Shown here one piece after another: positions 33,635 to 43,161 of a stretch of DNA of 45,025 nt. The stretch is from Desulfomonile tiedjei (GTDB lineage Bacteria > Desulfobacterota > Desulfomonilia > Desulfomonilales > Desulfomonilaceae), in the NCBI GenBank assembly GCA_020722215.1, contig DYLG01000001.1, positions 1-45,025 on the forward strand. The letters are read 5' to 3'. Below the pieces are notes generated by a model. It saw nothing but the letters and a program-made list of their open reading frames with translations, was not told where the DNA came from and did no database searches. Position numbers and translations under genes: made by a program. Every line of letters starts with the position of its first letter. Within the stretch, counting starts at the first letter, position 1.

Positions 33635-36600
33635 CTACATGTTGCGTCGGTACTGCCCGCCAACCTGGTTGAGGGCGTCGGTTATCTGGCCCAGAGAGCA
33701 GTACTTAACCGTTTCCATAAGCTCTTCGAAGATGTTCCCGCCTGCGAGGGCCACATTCTGTAGTCTTTCCAGAGCGTAAGGGCTGCGGTCCTTGTTGCGT
33801 TCCTTGAACTCGGCGAGCCGTCGGATCTGCGATTTCTTCTCGTCCTCAGTGGCTCTCATCAATTCAACCGCGCACTGCTCCAAATAGCCGGTTTCCGGGT
33901 TCAGGAAGGTGTTCACGCCTATGATGGGGTACTCGCCGGAGGACTTGAGCATCTCATAGTGCAGCGACTCATCCTGGATCTTGGTCCTTTGGTACGCGGT
34001 TTCCATGGCTCCCAGGACGCCTCCCCTTTGAGCCAGCCTGTCAAACTCGGCAAGCACAGCTTCTTCCACGAGATCGGTGAGTTCCTCGATTATGAAGCTG
34101 CCCTGGTTCATGTTGTCAATCTTGCTTAAGCCCCATTCCTTGTTGATGATCAACTGGATGGCAAGGGCTCTTCTCACGGATTCTTCACTTGGTGTTGTGA
34201 TAGCCTCGTCATAAGAATTGGTGTGCAGAGAGTTGCAGTTGTCATAGATGGCTATAAGAGCCTGTAACGTGGTTCTTATGTCGTTGAACTGGATCTCTTG
34301 CGCGTGCAAAGATCTCCCGCTCGTCTGAATATGGTACTTCAACTTCTGGGAGCGCTCGTTCGCCGCGTACCTGTCTCGCATGGCAATTGCCCAGATTCGT
34401 CTCGCAACGCGGCCGATAACGCTGTACTCGGGTTCAAGCCCGTTGGAGAAGAAGAAGGACAGATTAGGAGCGAAGTCATCAATGTGCATTCCCCGAGCCA
34501 AATAGTACTCCACGTACGTAAATCCGTTGGCCAAAGTGAAAGCCAACTGGGTAATGGGGTTCGCTCCTGCCTCGGCAATGTGATATCCGGAAATGGATAC
34601 TGAATAGAAATTCCTCACGTTATTCTTGATGAAGTACTCCTGGACGTCTCCCATCATCTTCAGAGAGAAGTCGGTTGAGAAAATGCATGTGTTCTGCCCC
34701 TGGTCCTCCTTGAGAATGTCCGCCTGAACCGTGCCCCTCACGTTGCAGAGGGTATCCGCCTTTATTCGGGCAGCCTCGTCAGGATTCGGCTCCCTGCCGT
34801 TATCCTCCCGGAACTTGTCCATCTGCTGGTCTATGGCCGTATTGAAGAACATGGCCAGCATCATGGGAGCAGGCCCGTTTATGGTCATGGAAACGGACGT
34901 GTTTGGAGCTGCCAGGTCGAAACCCGAGTAGAGCACCTTGGCATCGTCAAGTGTGCAAACGGAAACCCCGGATGTTCCCACCTTTCCATATATATCGGGT
35001 CGTTCCTCCGGGTCCTTTCCATAGAGGGTAACCGAGTCGAAAGCCGTGGATAGACGTTTCGCGGGGTAATCCTTGGACAGGTACTTGAAGCGACGATTCG
35101 TCCGGAACGGATCGCCCTCGCCTGCAAACATCCGTGTGGGGTCCTCGTCCTGTCTTTTGAATGGGAACACCCCGGCAGTGTAAGGAAACATCCCGGGCAA
35201 GTTTTCTTTGAGCCGCCAGCGGAGAATCTCGCCGGGATCTTTGAACCTGGGAAGCACCACACGAGGGAGCATGGATCCGCTGAGGGTTTTTCTCTTAAGC
35301 GGAGTTTTGATTTGGCGCCCGCGCACTTCGTACACAAAGTCATCTCCGGAGTACTGGGCCTTCAGTTCTTCCCATTCTCCCACAAGACGCAGGGCTCTCG
35401 GGTCGAGCTGCCGCTCGATGGATTCCTGGGCCTCTCGGATCTGCGCCACCGCTCCGGAGGACTCTCGAGGGGCTCTTTCTCTAAGGGACTTGCCTGCTTC
35501 GTCCAAATGCCATAGTTGTCGCACAAGTTCCTGCTGGCGTGCGCCCCACGCGTGGTAACGACGCACCGCGTCCGCGATTGAAGCCAAATAGCGCTGCTTC
35601 TCCGGCGGAATAATTATGGTCTTGGATGACGGAACCTTGTCCGGCCTCTCCTTCAGAGAGGTGGTCCAGTTTGCGCCCGTCTTTTCGTTAATGGCCCTGA
35701 TTATCCCCACGTACAGTGATGTCACGCCATCGTCGTTGAAACGGGATGCAATGGCGCCGTACACGGGGAATCGGTCGGGCGGCCTGGTGAAATCCACCCT
35801 GTTTCGCTGCATCTGCTTGCGGACATCGTGTATGGCGTCTTCCGAGCCCTTCCTGTCGTACTTGTTCACAGCTACAATATCGGCAAAATCGAGCATATCG
35901 ATCTTTTCGAGCTGGCTTTGGGCGCCAAATTCGGATGTCATCACGTACAGGGAAACATCCACCATAGGCACCACTGCCGCGTCTCCCTGGCCGATTCCCG
36001 CGGTCTCCACGATGATCAGGTCGAAGCCGGCCGCTTTCAGGACTCGAATGCTCTCCTCAAGATGGCCGGGGATCTCCAGTCCCACGTTTCGAGTAGCCAG
36101 CGATCTGAAGTACACACGATCATTGTGGATGGAATTCATCCGAATCCGGTCGCCGAGCAGCGCGCCGCCGGTCTTGCGCCGGGTCGGGTCCACGGAAATG
36201 ATCCCGACAGTCTTGTCTTTCTGATCATTGAGGAACCTAATGACTATCTCGTCGGTCAAGGACGATTTGCCCGCCCCGCCAGTACCTGTGATTCCTAGGA
36301 CCGGCGCAGTGCGGTTGTTGATCTTCCGGTCCAGTGCCGTGAGAATGCCGGGCAGGTTGCCGTTCCCCGAGGCCTTGGCGACTTCCACGGTGGTTATTGT
36401 GTTTGCTATGAGGGGCCAATTGCGAGGATGAAGATCGGCCAGGTCGCCGTTGAGATTGCCGTCCGTGGTTGGGAAGTCGGACAACTCTATGAAATGATTG
36501 ATTATGCCCTGAAGGCCAAGCTTTTGGCCATCCTCGGGACTGTAGATCTTCGTGACCCCGTATTCTTCCAGCTCCCGGATTTCCTCCGGGACAATTACAC

Positions 36601-36907
36601 CTCCCCCGCCTCCGAACACCTTGATATGACCGGCATTGTATTTTCTCAGGAGATCCACCAGGTACTTGAAAAACTCCACGTGTCCGCCCTGGTAGCAGCT
36701 CACGCCTACTGCTTGGGCGTCTTCCTGAACCGCGGCTATCGCAACTTCAGAAACGGAACGATTGTGCCCCAGGTGGATGACTTCAGCGCCTGTGGCCTGA
36801 AGAATCCTGCGCATTATGTTGATTGCCGCATCGTGGCCGTCGAAAAGCGATGCGGCGGTTACGATGCGAACATGATTGACCGGCTTGTACGGCAATACGG
36901 GCTGCAT
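33635..36907 (-). CDS. icmF: Fused isobutyryl-CoA mutase (B12-binding domain, MeaB-like G-protein domain, mutase TIM-barrel domain)
   Basis: 1090 aa. N-terminal B12 domain ([11 protein letters not shown]). Central P-loop [16 protein letters not shown] with NKYD. C-terminal acyl-CoA mutase catalytic domain. Length and domain order match IcmF. Confidence 0.92.
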   Translation of the reverse strand: MQPVLPYKPVNHVRIVTAASLFDGHDAAINIMRRILQATGAEVIHLGHNRSVSEVAIAAVQEDAQAVGVSCYQGGHVEFFKYLVDLLRKYNAGHIKVFGGGGGVIVPEEIRELEEYGVTKIYSPEDGQKLGLQGIINHFIELSDFPTTDGNLNGDLADLHPRNWPLIANTITTVEVAKASGNGNLPGILTALDRKINNRTAPVLGITGTGGAGKSSLTDEIVIRFLNDQKDKTVGIISVDPTRRKTGGALLGDRIRMNSIHNDRVYFRSLATRNVGLEIPGHLEESIRVLKAAGFDLIIVETAGIGQGDAAVVPMVDVSLYVMTSEFGAQSQLEKIDMLDFADIVAVNKYDRKGSEDAIHDVRKQMQRNRVDFTRPPDRFPVYGAIASRFNDDGVTSLYVGIIRAINEKTGANWTTSLKERPDKVPSSKTIIIPPEKQRYLASIADAVRRYHAWGARQQELVRQLWHLDEAGKSLRERAPRESSGAVAQIREAQESIERQLDPRALRLVGEWEELKAQYSGDDFVYEVRGRQIKTPLKRKTLSGSMLPRVVLPRFKDPGEILRWRLKENLPGMFPYTAGVFPFKRQDEDPTRMFAGEGDPFRTNRRFKYLSKDYPAKRLSTAFDSVTLYGKDPEERPDIYGKVGTSGVSVCTLDDAKVLYSGFDLAAPNTSVSMTINGPAPMMLAMFFNTAIDQQMDKFREDNGREPNPDEAARIKADTLCNVRGTVQADILKEDQGQNTCIFSTDFSLKMMGDVQEYFIKNNVRNFYSVSISGYHIAEAGANPITQLAFTLANGFTYVEYYLARGMHIDDFAPNLSFFFSNGLEPEYSVIGRVARRIWAIAMRDRYAANERSQKLKYHIQTSGRSLHAQEIQFNDIRTTLQALIAIYDNCNSLHTNSYDEAITTPSEESVRRALAIQLIINKEWGLSKIDNMNQGSFIIEELTDLVEEAVLAEFDRLAQRGGVLGAMETAYQRTKIQDESLHYEMLKSSGEYPIIGVNTFLNPETGYLEQCAVELMRATEDEKKSQIRRLAEFKERNKDRSPYALERLQNVALAGGNIFEELMETVKYCSLGQITDALNQVGGQYRRNM

Positions 36908-36925
36908 GGCGATCCTCTCAACAAT

Positions 36926-37336
36926 TCACTGCGGACGCTGTTCCAGTTGTTCCTTGAGAAACGCGGCTGGCGCGTCAATGTCCGAACCCCCGGGGAAGAC
37001 CTCGGCCACCCCCATGTCCTTGAGCCTGGGGATGTCCCGGCCGGGGATCACTCCCCCTACCACGACCATGATGTCGTCTGCCCCCTTGGCCTTGAGAAGC
37101 CGGAAGAGCTTTTCGCATATCGGCAGATGGGCCCCTGACATGATGGACAGGCCGATCACGTCCACGTCTTCCTGTATGGCCGTTTCAACAATCATCTCCA
37201 CCATTTGATGGAGCCCGGTATAGATCACTTCAAATCCCGCGTCCTTAAGAGCATGAGCCATAACTTTGGCCCCTCTGTCGTGACCGTCCAGTCCCGGCTT
37301 TGCCAGGAGAATCCTTGGGACTTTTCCGGCTGCCAC
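36926..37336 (-). CDS. Stand-alone cobalamin-binding protein (small subunit / C-terminal-domain type of an acyl-CoA mutase)
   Basis: RILLAKPGLDGHDRGAKVMAHALKDAGFEVIYTG carries the DxHxxG B12 motif. About 136 aa. Preferred start is GTG 37336, 5 nt after GGAGG (listed GTG 37342 abuts the SD). Its stop lies 18 nt upstream of the icmF start. Confidence 0.85.
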   Translation of the reverse strand: MAAGKVPRILLAKPGLDGHDRGAKVMAHALKDAGFEVIYTGLHQMVEMIVETAIQEDVDVIGLSIMSGAHLPICEKLFRLLKAKGADDIMVVVGGVIPGRDIPRLKDMGVAEVFPGGSDIDAPAAFLKEQLEQRPQ

Positions 37337-37495
37337 AACCACCTCCGATGCACGTCATTCACACTGAAAAAGAGATTCAAGAGAGCATATACAAGGATAA
37401 TATATCTCGCAGAAGGATTCAACCGTCTTGAGACCTCTTTCCTCCGCCCCGTTCCGGCCCGGCCGCGGTCGGACGCCCGTACCGGGACTAATTCC

Positions 37496-37523
37496 TTGAC
37501 ACCATGCTCCCTTGTGGTATAAG
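37496..37523 (+). promoter_or_regulatory. Candidate sigma-70-type promoter (TTGACA - 16 nt - TATAAG)
   Basis: Perfect -35 at 37496-37501, a 16-nt spacer, -10 TATAAG at 37518-37523. About 65 nt upstream of TTG 37588. Confidence 0.45.
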
Positions 37524-37587
37524 TTCATTGTGTTTACGTGATCTTATATGTGCCTGTTTTTTCTCTCAGCGTGTCGAGAGGTATGGA

Positions 37588-38586
37588 TTGAAGCGGAGAA
37601 CACACATCCCCGGCGTCGTTGTCCTCCTCGCCGCGACAGCCGCATTTATGCTCGTCCCTAATGCTTCCTTTGCTCAGAGCACTACTTCCTGGTGGGGGTC
37701 CGCGTCATGGTTCGACTGGTCCGACTTCAGGCTTGAGGCCGGCGCCCGACTATGGGCCCCGAGATTGCAGTCGGGCAAGATCACGGTAGGGAACCGCGAA
37801 GTCAGCTTTTTCGACGACGTACAGCAGAATACGCCCGATCCTGTTAATGACCCGATAAAGCCTGCATTCAGCGACGACCGTGAGGCGTTCAAGGAAATCT
37901 GGGGCGTTTTCTATATCGACAGGCTTGGTATCCGCTTCCACCTCGAGGATCAGCATATTTGGAGGGGAAGGCCGGCCGCCGATGCCCAGCACCCGGCAGC
38001 CGAGTGGGCGACGCTCAGCCAGTTCGATGTGAGCTGTTCCAGAGTCGGCCTCGACCTGGACCTTGTGCGCTATCCGTTTCTGAAGCTCGGCGTCAATTTC
38101 GATTGGCACAGCGAATCGGTCGAACTTCGGAAAGACACATACAACTGGCATAATAATGACGACTCCCATGACACCCTGGTGTTCTTGAAATCCGCAGCAC
38201 CGCTCACCGTAGGTGTTCACGGAAGGGCCATCCCTTTTCGGCTGCGAGAGGTTCCCCTGAATCTGAGGGCTCGTTTCCGCTTTCCCGCGGTCCTGGCAAG
38301 GGAGATCCAAAAAGAAACCACCACTACCAAGCTCTACGACCTCGAGATGTCCGCGGGTATGCGGCCTGCCGTGTGGGACCTGAGCCTGTACGGTCTTAGC
38401 ACGTTTTCGGCATCTGTTGACGTGGGATTCCGGTGGACCAAGATACACATGAGCGGGCCTGCGTGGTCATGGGATGGGACTCCCACTGCGGAACACCCGC
38501 ATGGGGTGACGACGCGCCTTGATCCGGACGCCGACGTCACCGCGGAATGGAGCGGCCCGTACATTGAGTTCGCGGTCACGTACTGA
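37588..38586 (+). CDS. Hypothetical outer-membrane beta-barrel protein (distant paralog of 12668..13660)
   Basis: TTG 37588 after GAGAGG gives (M)KRRTHIPGVVVLLAATAAFMLVPNASFAQS, a signal peptide. The listed ATG 37504 lies inside the promoter spacer. C-terminus ...GPYIEFAVTY. Alternating strand pattern. Confidence 0.55.
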   Translation: MKRRTHIPGVVVLLAATAAFMLVPNASFAQSTTSWWGSASWFDWSDFRLEAGARLWAPRLQSGKITVGNREVSFFDDVQQNTPDPVNDPIKPAFSDDREAFKEIWGVFYIDRLGIRFHLEDQHIWRGRPAADAQHPAAEWATLSQFDVSCSRVGLDLDLVRYPFLKLGVNFDWHSESVELRKDTYNWHNNDDSHDTLVFLKSAAPLTVGVHGRAIPFRLREVPLNLRARFRFPAVLAREIQKETTTTKLYDLEMSAGMRPAVWDLSLYGLSTFSASVDVGFRWTKIHMSGPAWSWDGTPTAEHPHGVTTRLDPDADVTAEWSGPYIEFAVTY

Positions 38587-38766
38587 ACCCCTTTTCCTGA
38601 ACAAATTCCCCAGAGAGTGACCGATGCGATTTGATAGGGGGCGAATCTTGTATTCTCCCTCCTTCTCCCTATTCGTCGCCGACGGCCTGCAGGCACGAGA
38701 AAGAGGGCTATCACAAGGATCGCCCCTACAGGCCGCGGGGCGGACAGGGTTTTCATGGGTTCAAAT

Positions 38767-38792
38767 GCGGGCGACCGGCCGGTCACCCCTAC
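38767..38792. repeat. REP-like GC-rich palindrome (copy 2, left arm degenerate)
   Basis: gcgggcgaccggccggtcacccctac, with the same CCGGCCGG-centred core as 10458-10489 and 43114-43141. Lies between convergent genes. Confidence 0.6.
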
Positions 38793-38839
38793 GGCGGCGG
38801 GATCACGACATGGACGTCGTGGTTATTTTCCGGCAGGTC

Positions 38840-40171
38840 CTAACCTTCTTTCCCCGGCCCGAATCTGCCTCCGCTAGCCGAACCCTCGGCATCATCTTCG
38901 ACCGTTCCGTGAATCCTGTACCCGAGAAGATGTCTTCTCAGAAGATCCAACGCCTGCATTGCCGCCAGTGTCTTGACCCAACCGCGTTCGCCGGGCAGGA
39001 CGAAACCTCTGGTCAAAACAGTGTCCGGTGCGGCAAGCCCTATGAAGAATGTTCCCACGGGCTTTTCGGGCGTCCCGCCGTCAGGCCCGGCTATACCTGT
39101 GACCGACAGGCCCACGGCGGCGTTGCCTGCTCTGAGTGCCCCAAGGGCCATCTCCTGGGCACACCGGTGAGATACTGCTCCGTGACCGGAGAGGGTTTCT
39201 TCGGTAACGCCGAGAACCCTGTGCTTCATGTCGTTGGAATAACTGACTATTGAGCCCATGAACACGCGGGAGCTTCCCGGAACGCGCGTTATCATCTCGC
39301 CGATCATCCCGCCGGTTATGGATTCCGCGAGGGCCAGTGTGAGACCTTTTTTCTCGAGAAGTTCCAAGACCACCTGCTCCATCTGCCGACTGTCACGCGA
39401 AATGATGTTCTCGGGGATTCTCTCTTCAATGAGAGCCTGTTTGGAATCCAGAATCAGCTCCGCGTCGGGCGCAGAAGGTCCCCGGGCATCCATGCGCAAC
39501 CGGATCACAGGGAACCTCGGCAGGAAAGCCAGATGGAAATCCTCCTCATCCTTGGCCACATCGGCGAGGATTTCACCGAGCTTGGACTCGGACAGGCCGT
39601 AAACAATGAGAGTCCTCGCACGAAACACCTGTTCCGACATGCCGAAGCGCTGGACAATCGCGGGAACGACCCGCTCGCGAAGCATCCGTATCAGCTCACG
39701 GGGCACTCCGGGCAGGAAGATGGCAATCCTGCCGTCTTTTTCGATCATGAAGCCGGGCGCTGTGCCATAGTCATTCGGCACGGGAATCGCTGTTTCGGGG
39801 AACATGGCCTGCTTGGCATTGCTTGGGGCCATGGGACGCGCCCATTGCCTGAAACGTTGTTCGATGCGCTCGAGCTGCTCCTGATCCGTGCGGAGTGGAA
39901 CTCCAAGGAAATCGGCCACCGCCGCGGACGTCTTGTCGTCTTCCGTCGGACCGAGCCCTCCCGAGGCAATGGTGACCTCGGCCCTGGACATGGCGTATTC
40001 AAGCGCGTCGCCGATAAGTCGAGTCTCGTCGCCCACCGACGTCATGCCCTTGACCGCAATGCCCGCAGAGCGAAGCTCTCTGGAGATGTTCTCCCTGTTG
40101 GTGTCGGTGATCACCCCGTTGATTATCTCGTTGCCTATAGTGAGTATCCATGCCTGCAAAGCGGCGCCCAT
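38840..40171 (-). CDS. cinA: CinA-family protein: N-terminal MoCF-biosynthesis-like domain plus C-terminal nicotinamide-nucleotide amidase (PncC) domain
   Basis: 443 aa. WILTIGNEIINGVITDTN start. GGLGPTEDD motif. C-terminal LALAESITGG...GVTGIAGPDGG motif. The ATG directly abuts the polA stop. Confidence 0.9.
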   Translation of the reverse strand: MGAALQAWILTIGNEIINGVITDTNRENISRELRSAGIAVKGMTSVGDETRLIGDALEYAMSRAEVTIASGGLGPTEDDKTSAAVADFLGVPLRTDQEQLERIEQRFRQWARPMAPSNAKQAMFPETAIPVPNDYGTAPGFMIEKDGRIAIFLPGVPRELIRMLRERVVPAIVQRFGMSEQVFRARTLIVYGLSESKLGEILADVAKDEEDFHLAFLPRFPVIRLRMDARGPSAPDAELILDSKQALIEERIPENIISRDSRQMEQVVLELLEKKGLTLALAESITGGMIGEMITRVPGSSRVFMGSIVSYSNDMKHRVLGVTEETLSGHGAVSHRCAQEMALGALRAGNAAVGLSVTGIAGPDGGTPEKPVGTFFIGLAAPDTVLTRGFVLPGERGWVKTLAAMQALDLLRRHLLGYRIHGTVEDDAEGSASGGRFGPGKEG

Positions 40172-42838
40172 TCAGTGTGCCTCCTCCCAGTTTTTCCCTA
40201 CCGCGCTGTCCACCACGAGCGGGACGGAGAGGGTGTACGCGCCTTCCATCTCCTTCTTCAGCAGGGCTGCGGCATCTTGGGCGGCGTTTTCCCGTACTTC
40301 GAGGATCAGTTCGTCGTGGACCTGAAGAATCATCGTCGCGGGAAGTTTCTCTGATTTGATGGCATTGCTTACCCGGATCATGGCGAGCTTCATCAAATCC
40401 GCCGCGCTTCCCTGCATCGCGGTGTTTATGGCAACCCTTCGAGCTGCCTGCTGAGCGATCTTGTTCGGGCTGTTCAGATCGGGAAGATAGCGCTTCCGTC
40501 CCAGAATGGTGGCGACAAAACCTTGCTTTGCCGCTTTGACGGGCAACTCGTCCATGAATCGCTTCACCCCGGCATACATCTCGTAATAGTCGTCAAGGTA
40601 TTTCCTGGCAAGCTTCATGCCGACGCCAATTTGCTGGGCGAGTTTGTACGGGCCCATGCCGTAGATTATCCCGAAATTGATCTCTTTTGCCTTGCGCCGC
40701 ATCTCCGTGGTCACGTGCGCAGCGGATGCGCCGAAAATGTCCGCGGCGGTCGCGGCGTGAATGTCCTCGCCTGCGCTGAACGCTTCTCTCAGCCTGGAAT
40801 CGCCGGAAAGGTGGGCCATGAGGCGCAACTCTATCTGGGAGTAGTCCGCTGAGACGAAGAGATGTCCCGGGGCGGGGATGAACGCAGCGCGGATTTTTCG
40901 TCCCGCGACAGTTCGGACCGGAATGTTCTGGAGATTCGGCTCGGACGACGAGAGCCTGCCGGTTGCGGCAACAGCCTGATTGTAGGACGTGTGAATCCTG
41001 CCCGTTTTCGGGTTGACCAGTTCCGGCAACGCGTCCGCATAAGTGGATTTGAGTTTGAAAACGGACCTATACTCCAGCACCTTTCTGGGAAGATCGTGTT
41101 GCACGGCGAGCTGTTCCAGCACGTCCACCGAAGTGGACGGCCCTGTCTTGGTCTTTTTCACGGGTTTGAGCTTCAACTTATCGAACAATATCTCAGCCAA
41201 CTGCTTGGGAGAATTGATGTTGAAAGACTCACCGGCGAGTTCGTGGATCTCCTTCTCGGTCACTTCGAGGACTTCTCCGAATTCCGCGGACACCCGTTTC
41301 AGGTATTGGGTGTCCACGAGCACCCCCGTGCGTTCCATATCCACAAGTATGGGAATAAGCGGTAGCTCCACTTCACGGAACAGGTCTCCGAGGCCCTCTT
41401 CGTCAACCTTCGGGCAGAGGATGGCTGCTATTCGGAACGTCGCGTCCGCGTCCTCGCACGAGTATTCCGCCCCCCGGGATATATCTACCTCGGAAAAGGG
41501 GATCTGGGCCTTGCCTGTGCCGATGAGGTCCTTTATGGGGATCATCTGATGCCCCAGGAAATTCTGGGCAAGGTAATCCAGCGAGTGACTCCGCCGGGAA
41601 GGGTCCAAGAGGTACGAAGCGATCATGGTGTCGCAGGAGACGCCTCTGACCTCGACTCCTTCGCTCTTGAAAACTATCATGTCGTACTTGATGTTCTGCC
41701 CGATTTTCTCGATGCCTTCATCTTCAAGCAAGGGCCGCAATTGATCGAGCACTTCGGACTTGGGCAATTGCTCTCCCGCTGTGTGCCCCACCGGGATGTA
41801 CGCAGCCTTACCTTGTTCGCAGCACAGAGAAATCCCCACCAATTCGGCCCGCACCGGGTCTTTGGATGTGGTTTCCAGGTCCACCGCGAACCTTCCTTTT
41901 TCACGGAGGCGCCGCGTCCAGAGCGTCAGAGCTTCGCCGGTGGTTATGGTCTCGTACCCCGAGAAATCCAGGGTCTTCTCCTGGGGCAGTTCTTCCAGGT
42001 AACGCCGGAATTCCAACTCCTTGAACAGGGCCCGCAATGCGTCGGTGTCCGCGTCACCAGCGACCAAATCGTCAATAGGAGTTTCGAGAGGAACCTGCTC
42101 GTTCAGCCGGACAAGCTCTCGGCTGAGAAGAGCCTTGTCCCTGTTCGACCTGAGATTCTCCCTTAGTTTCTTTTGCGGGACTTGCTCCACGTTAGACAAG
42201 ACCCCGTCAAGAGACCCGAACTGCTCAAGAAGCTTTGCCGCAGTCTTCTGACCGACGCCGGGAACGCCCGGAACATTGTCCGAGCTGTCTCCCATGAGGG
42301 CCAGCAGGTCCAGGAGCCGATCCGGGCCGACCCCGAATTTCTTGATCACCCCATCCGTGTCGTAAACTGCGTCTCTTTGGGGATCCCACATGAGGATTCC
42401 TTCGCCCACAAGCTGCATGAGGTCCTTGTCCCCGGAGACTATGATCACTTCCCAACCTTTCTTCCGCGCTCCCGAGGCAATGGCGGCAATGATGTCATCA
42501 GCCTCGAAGCCTTGAACCGACAAGGAAGGGAGCCCGAACGCTCGGACCATCTCGTGGATCTTGGGGATCTGGACGCCCAAATCTTCGGGCATGGACGGCC
42601 TGTTTGCCTTGTACTCGGGATAAGCCTCATGCCGGAACGTGGGCCCTCGAGCGTCGAATACCACCGCGATCCTGCGGGGTTGGCGATCTCTCAGGGTCTT
42701 GGTGAGCATGTTGGTGAATCCGAAGATCGCTCCTGTGGGGAATCCTTTGGAATTGGAGAGACCTCCGGTGGTGTGGTAGGCCCTGTAGATATAGGAGCTT
42801 CCGTCAATGAGATAAATCTGATCTGTTTTCGCAGACAT
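40172..42838 (-). CDS. polA: DNA polymerase I (5'-3' exonuclease, 3'-5' exonuclease, polymerase domains)
   Basis: 888 aa. N-terminal 5' nuclease domain (LIDGSSYIYRAYH). Polymerase motifs (DYSQIELR, RRKAKEINFGIIYG, QVHDELILEV). Confidence 0.95.
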   Translation of the reverse strand: MSAKTDQIYLIDGSSYIYRAYHTTGGLSNSKGFPTGAIFGFTNMLTKTLRDRQPRRIAVVFDARGPTFRHEAYPEYKANRPSMPEDLGVQIPKIHEMVRAFGLPSLSVQGFEADDIIAAIASGARKKGWEVIIVSGDKDLMQLVGEGILMWDPQRDAVYDTDGVIKKFGVGPDRLLDLLALMGDSSDNVPGVPGVGQKTAAKLLEQFGSLDGVLSNVEQVPQKKLRENLRSNRDKALLSRELVRLNEQVPLETPIDDLVAGDADTDALRALFKELEFRRYLEELPQEKTLDFSGYETITTGEALTLWTRRLREKGRFAVDLETTSKDPVRAELVGISLCCEQGKAAYIPVGHTAGEQLPKSEVLDQLRPLLEDEGIEKIGQNIKYDMIVFKSEGVEVRGVSCDTMIASYLLDPSRRSHSLDYLAQNFLGHQMIPIKDLIGTGKAQIPFSEVDISRGAEYSCEDADATFRIAAILCPKVDEEGLGDLFREVELPLIPILVDMERTGVLVDTQYLKRVSAEFGEVLEVTEKEIHELAGESFNINSPKQLAEILFDKLKLKPVKKTKTGPSTSVDVLEQLAVQHDLPRKVLEYRSVFKLKSTYADALPELVNPKTGRIHTSYNQAVAATGRLSSSEPNLQNIPVRTVAGRKIRAAFIPAPGHLFVSADYSQIELRLMAHLSGDSRLREAFSAGEDIHAATAADIFGASAAHVTTEMRRKAKEINFGIIYGMGPYKLAQQIGVGMKLARKYLDDYYEMYAGVKRFMDELPVKAAKQGFVATILGRKRYLPDLNSPNKIAQQAARRVAINTAMQGSAADLMKLAMIRVSNAIKSEKLPATMILQVHDELILEVRENAAQDAAALLKKEMEGAYTLSVPLVVDSAVGKNWEEAH

Positions 42839-43113
42839 TGGTGCTTCTCTCGGCCGGTCCCTTTAGGGGCCTTCACGCCTGGAGGCTGGAACGGCATGAA
42901 AGTCGTTGATATTACGGTGGCTCCGGAGCACTGGCATAGCGCGGCATCCAAACCTGAGCGAACAGCCTCTCAACAATATACCAAACCGTCCTTGCCGGAA
43001 AGACGGGCGAAGATCTTTCCGAGCCTGTCGTGAAATAGCCCGGGCATTGTCGGCAGGGGTGGACCTAAGTACTTCGTTTCACAAATACGGTCGCACATTC
43101 ATCGGGTCGTATC

Positions 43114-43141
43114 GTAGGGGCGACCGGCCGGTCGCCCCCAC
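43114..43141. repeat. REP-like GC-rich palindrome (copy 3)
   Basis: gtaggggcgaccggccggtcgcccccac, with a perfect 22-nt palindromic core at 43117-43138. 21 nt past the stop of the helicase gene and upstream of polA. Confidence 0.7.
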
Positions 43142-43161
43142 AGCAAGAGTGAACGACTTTC

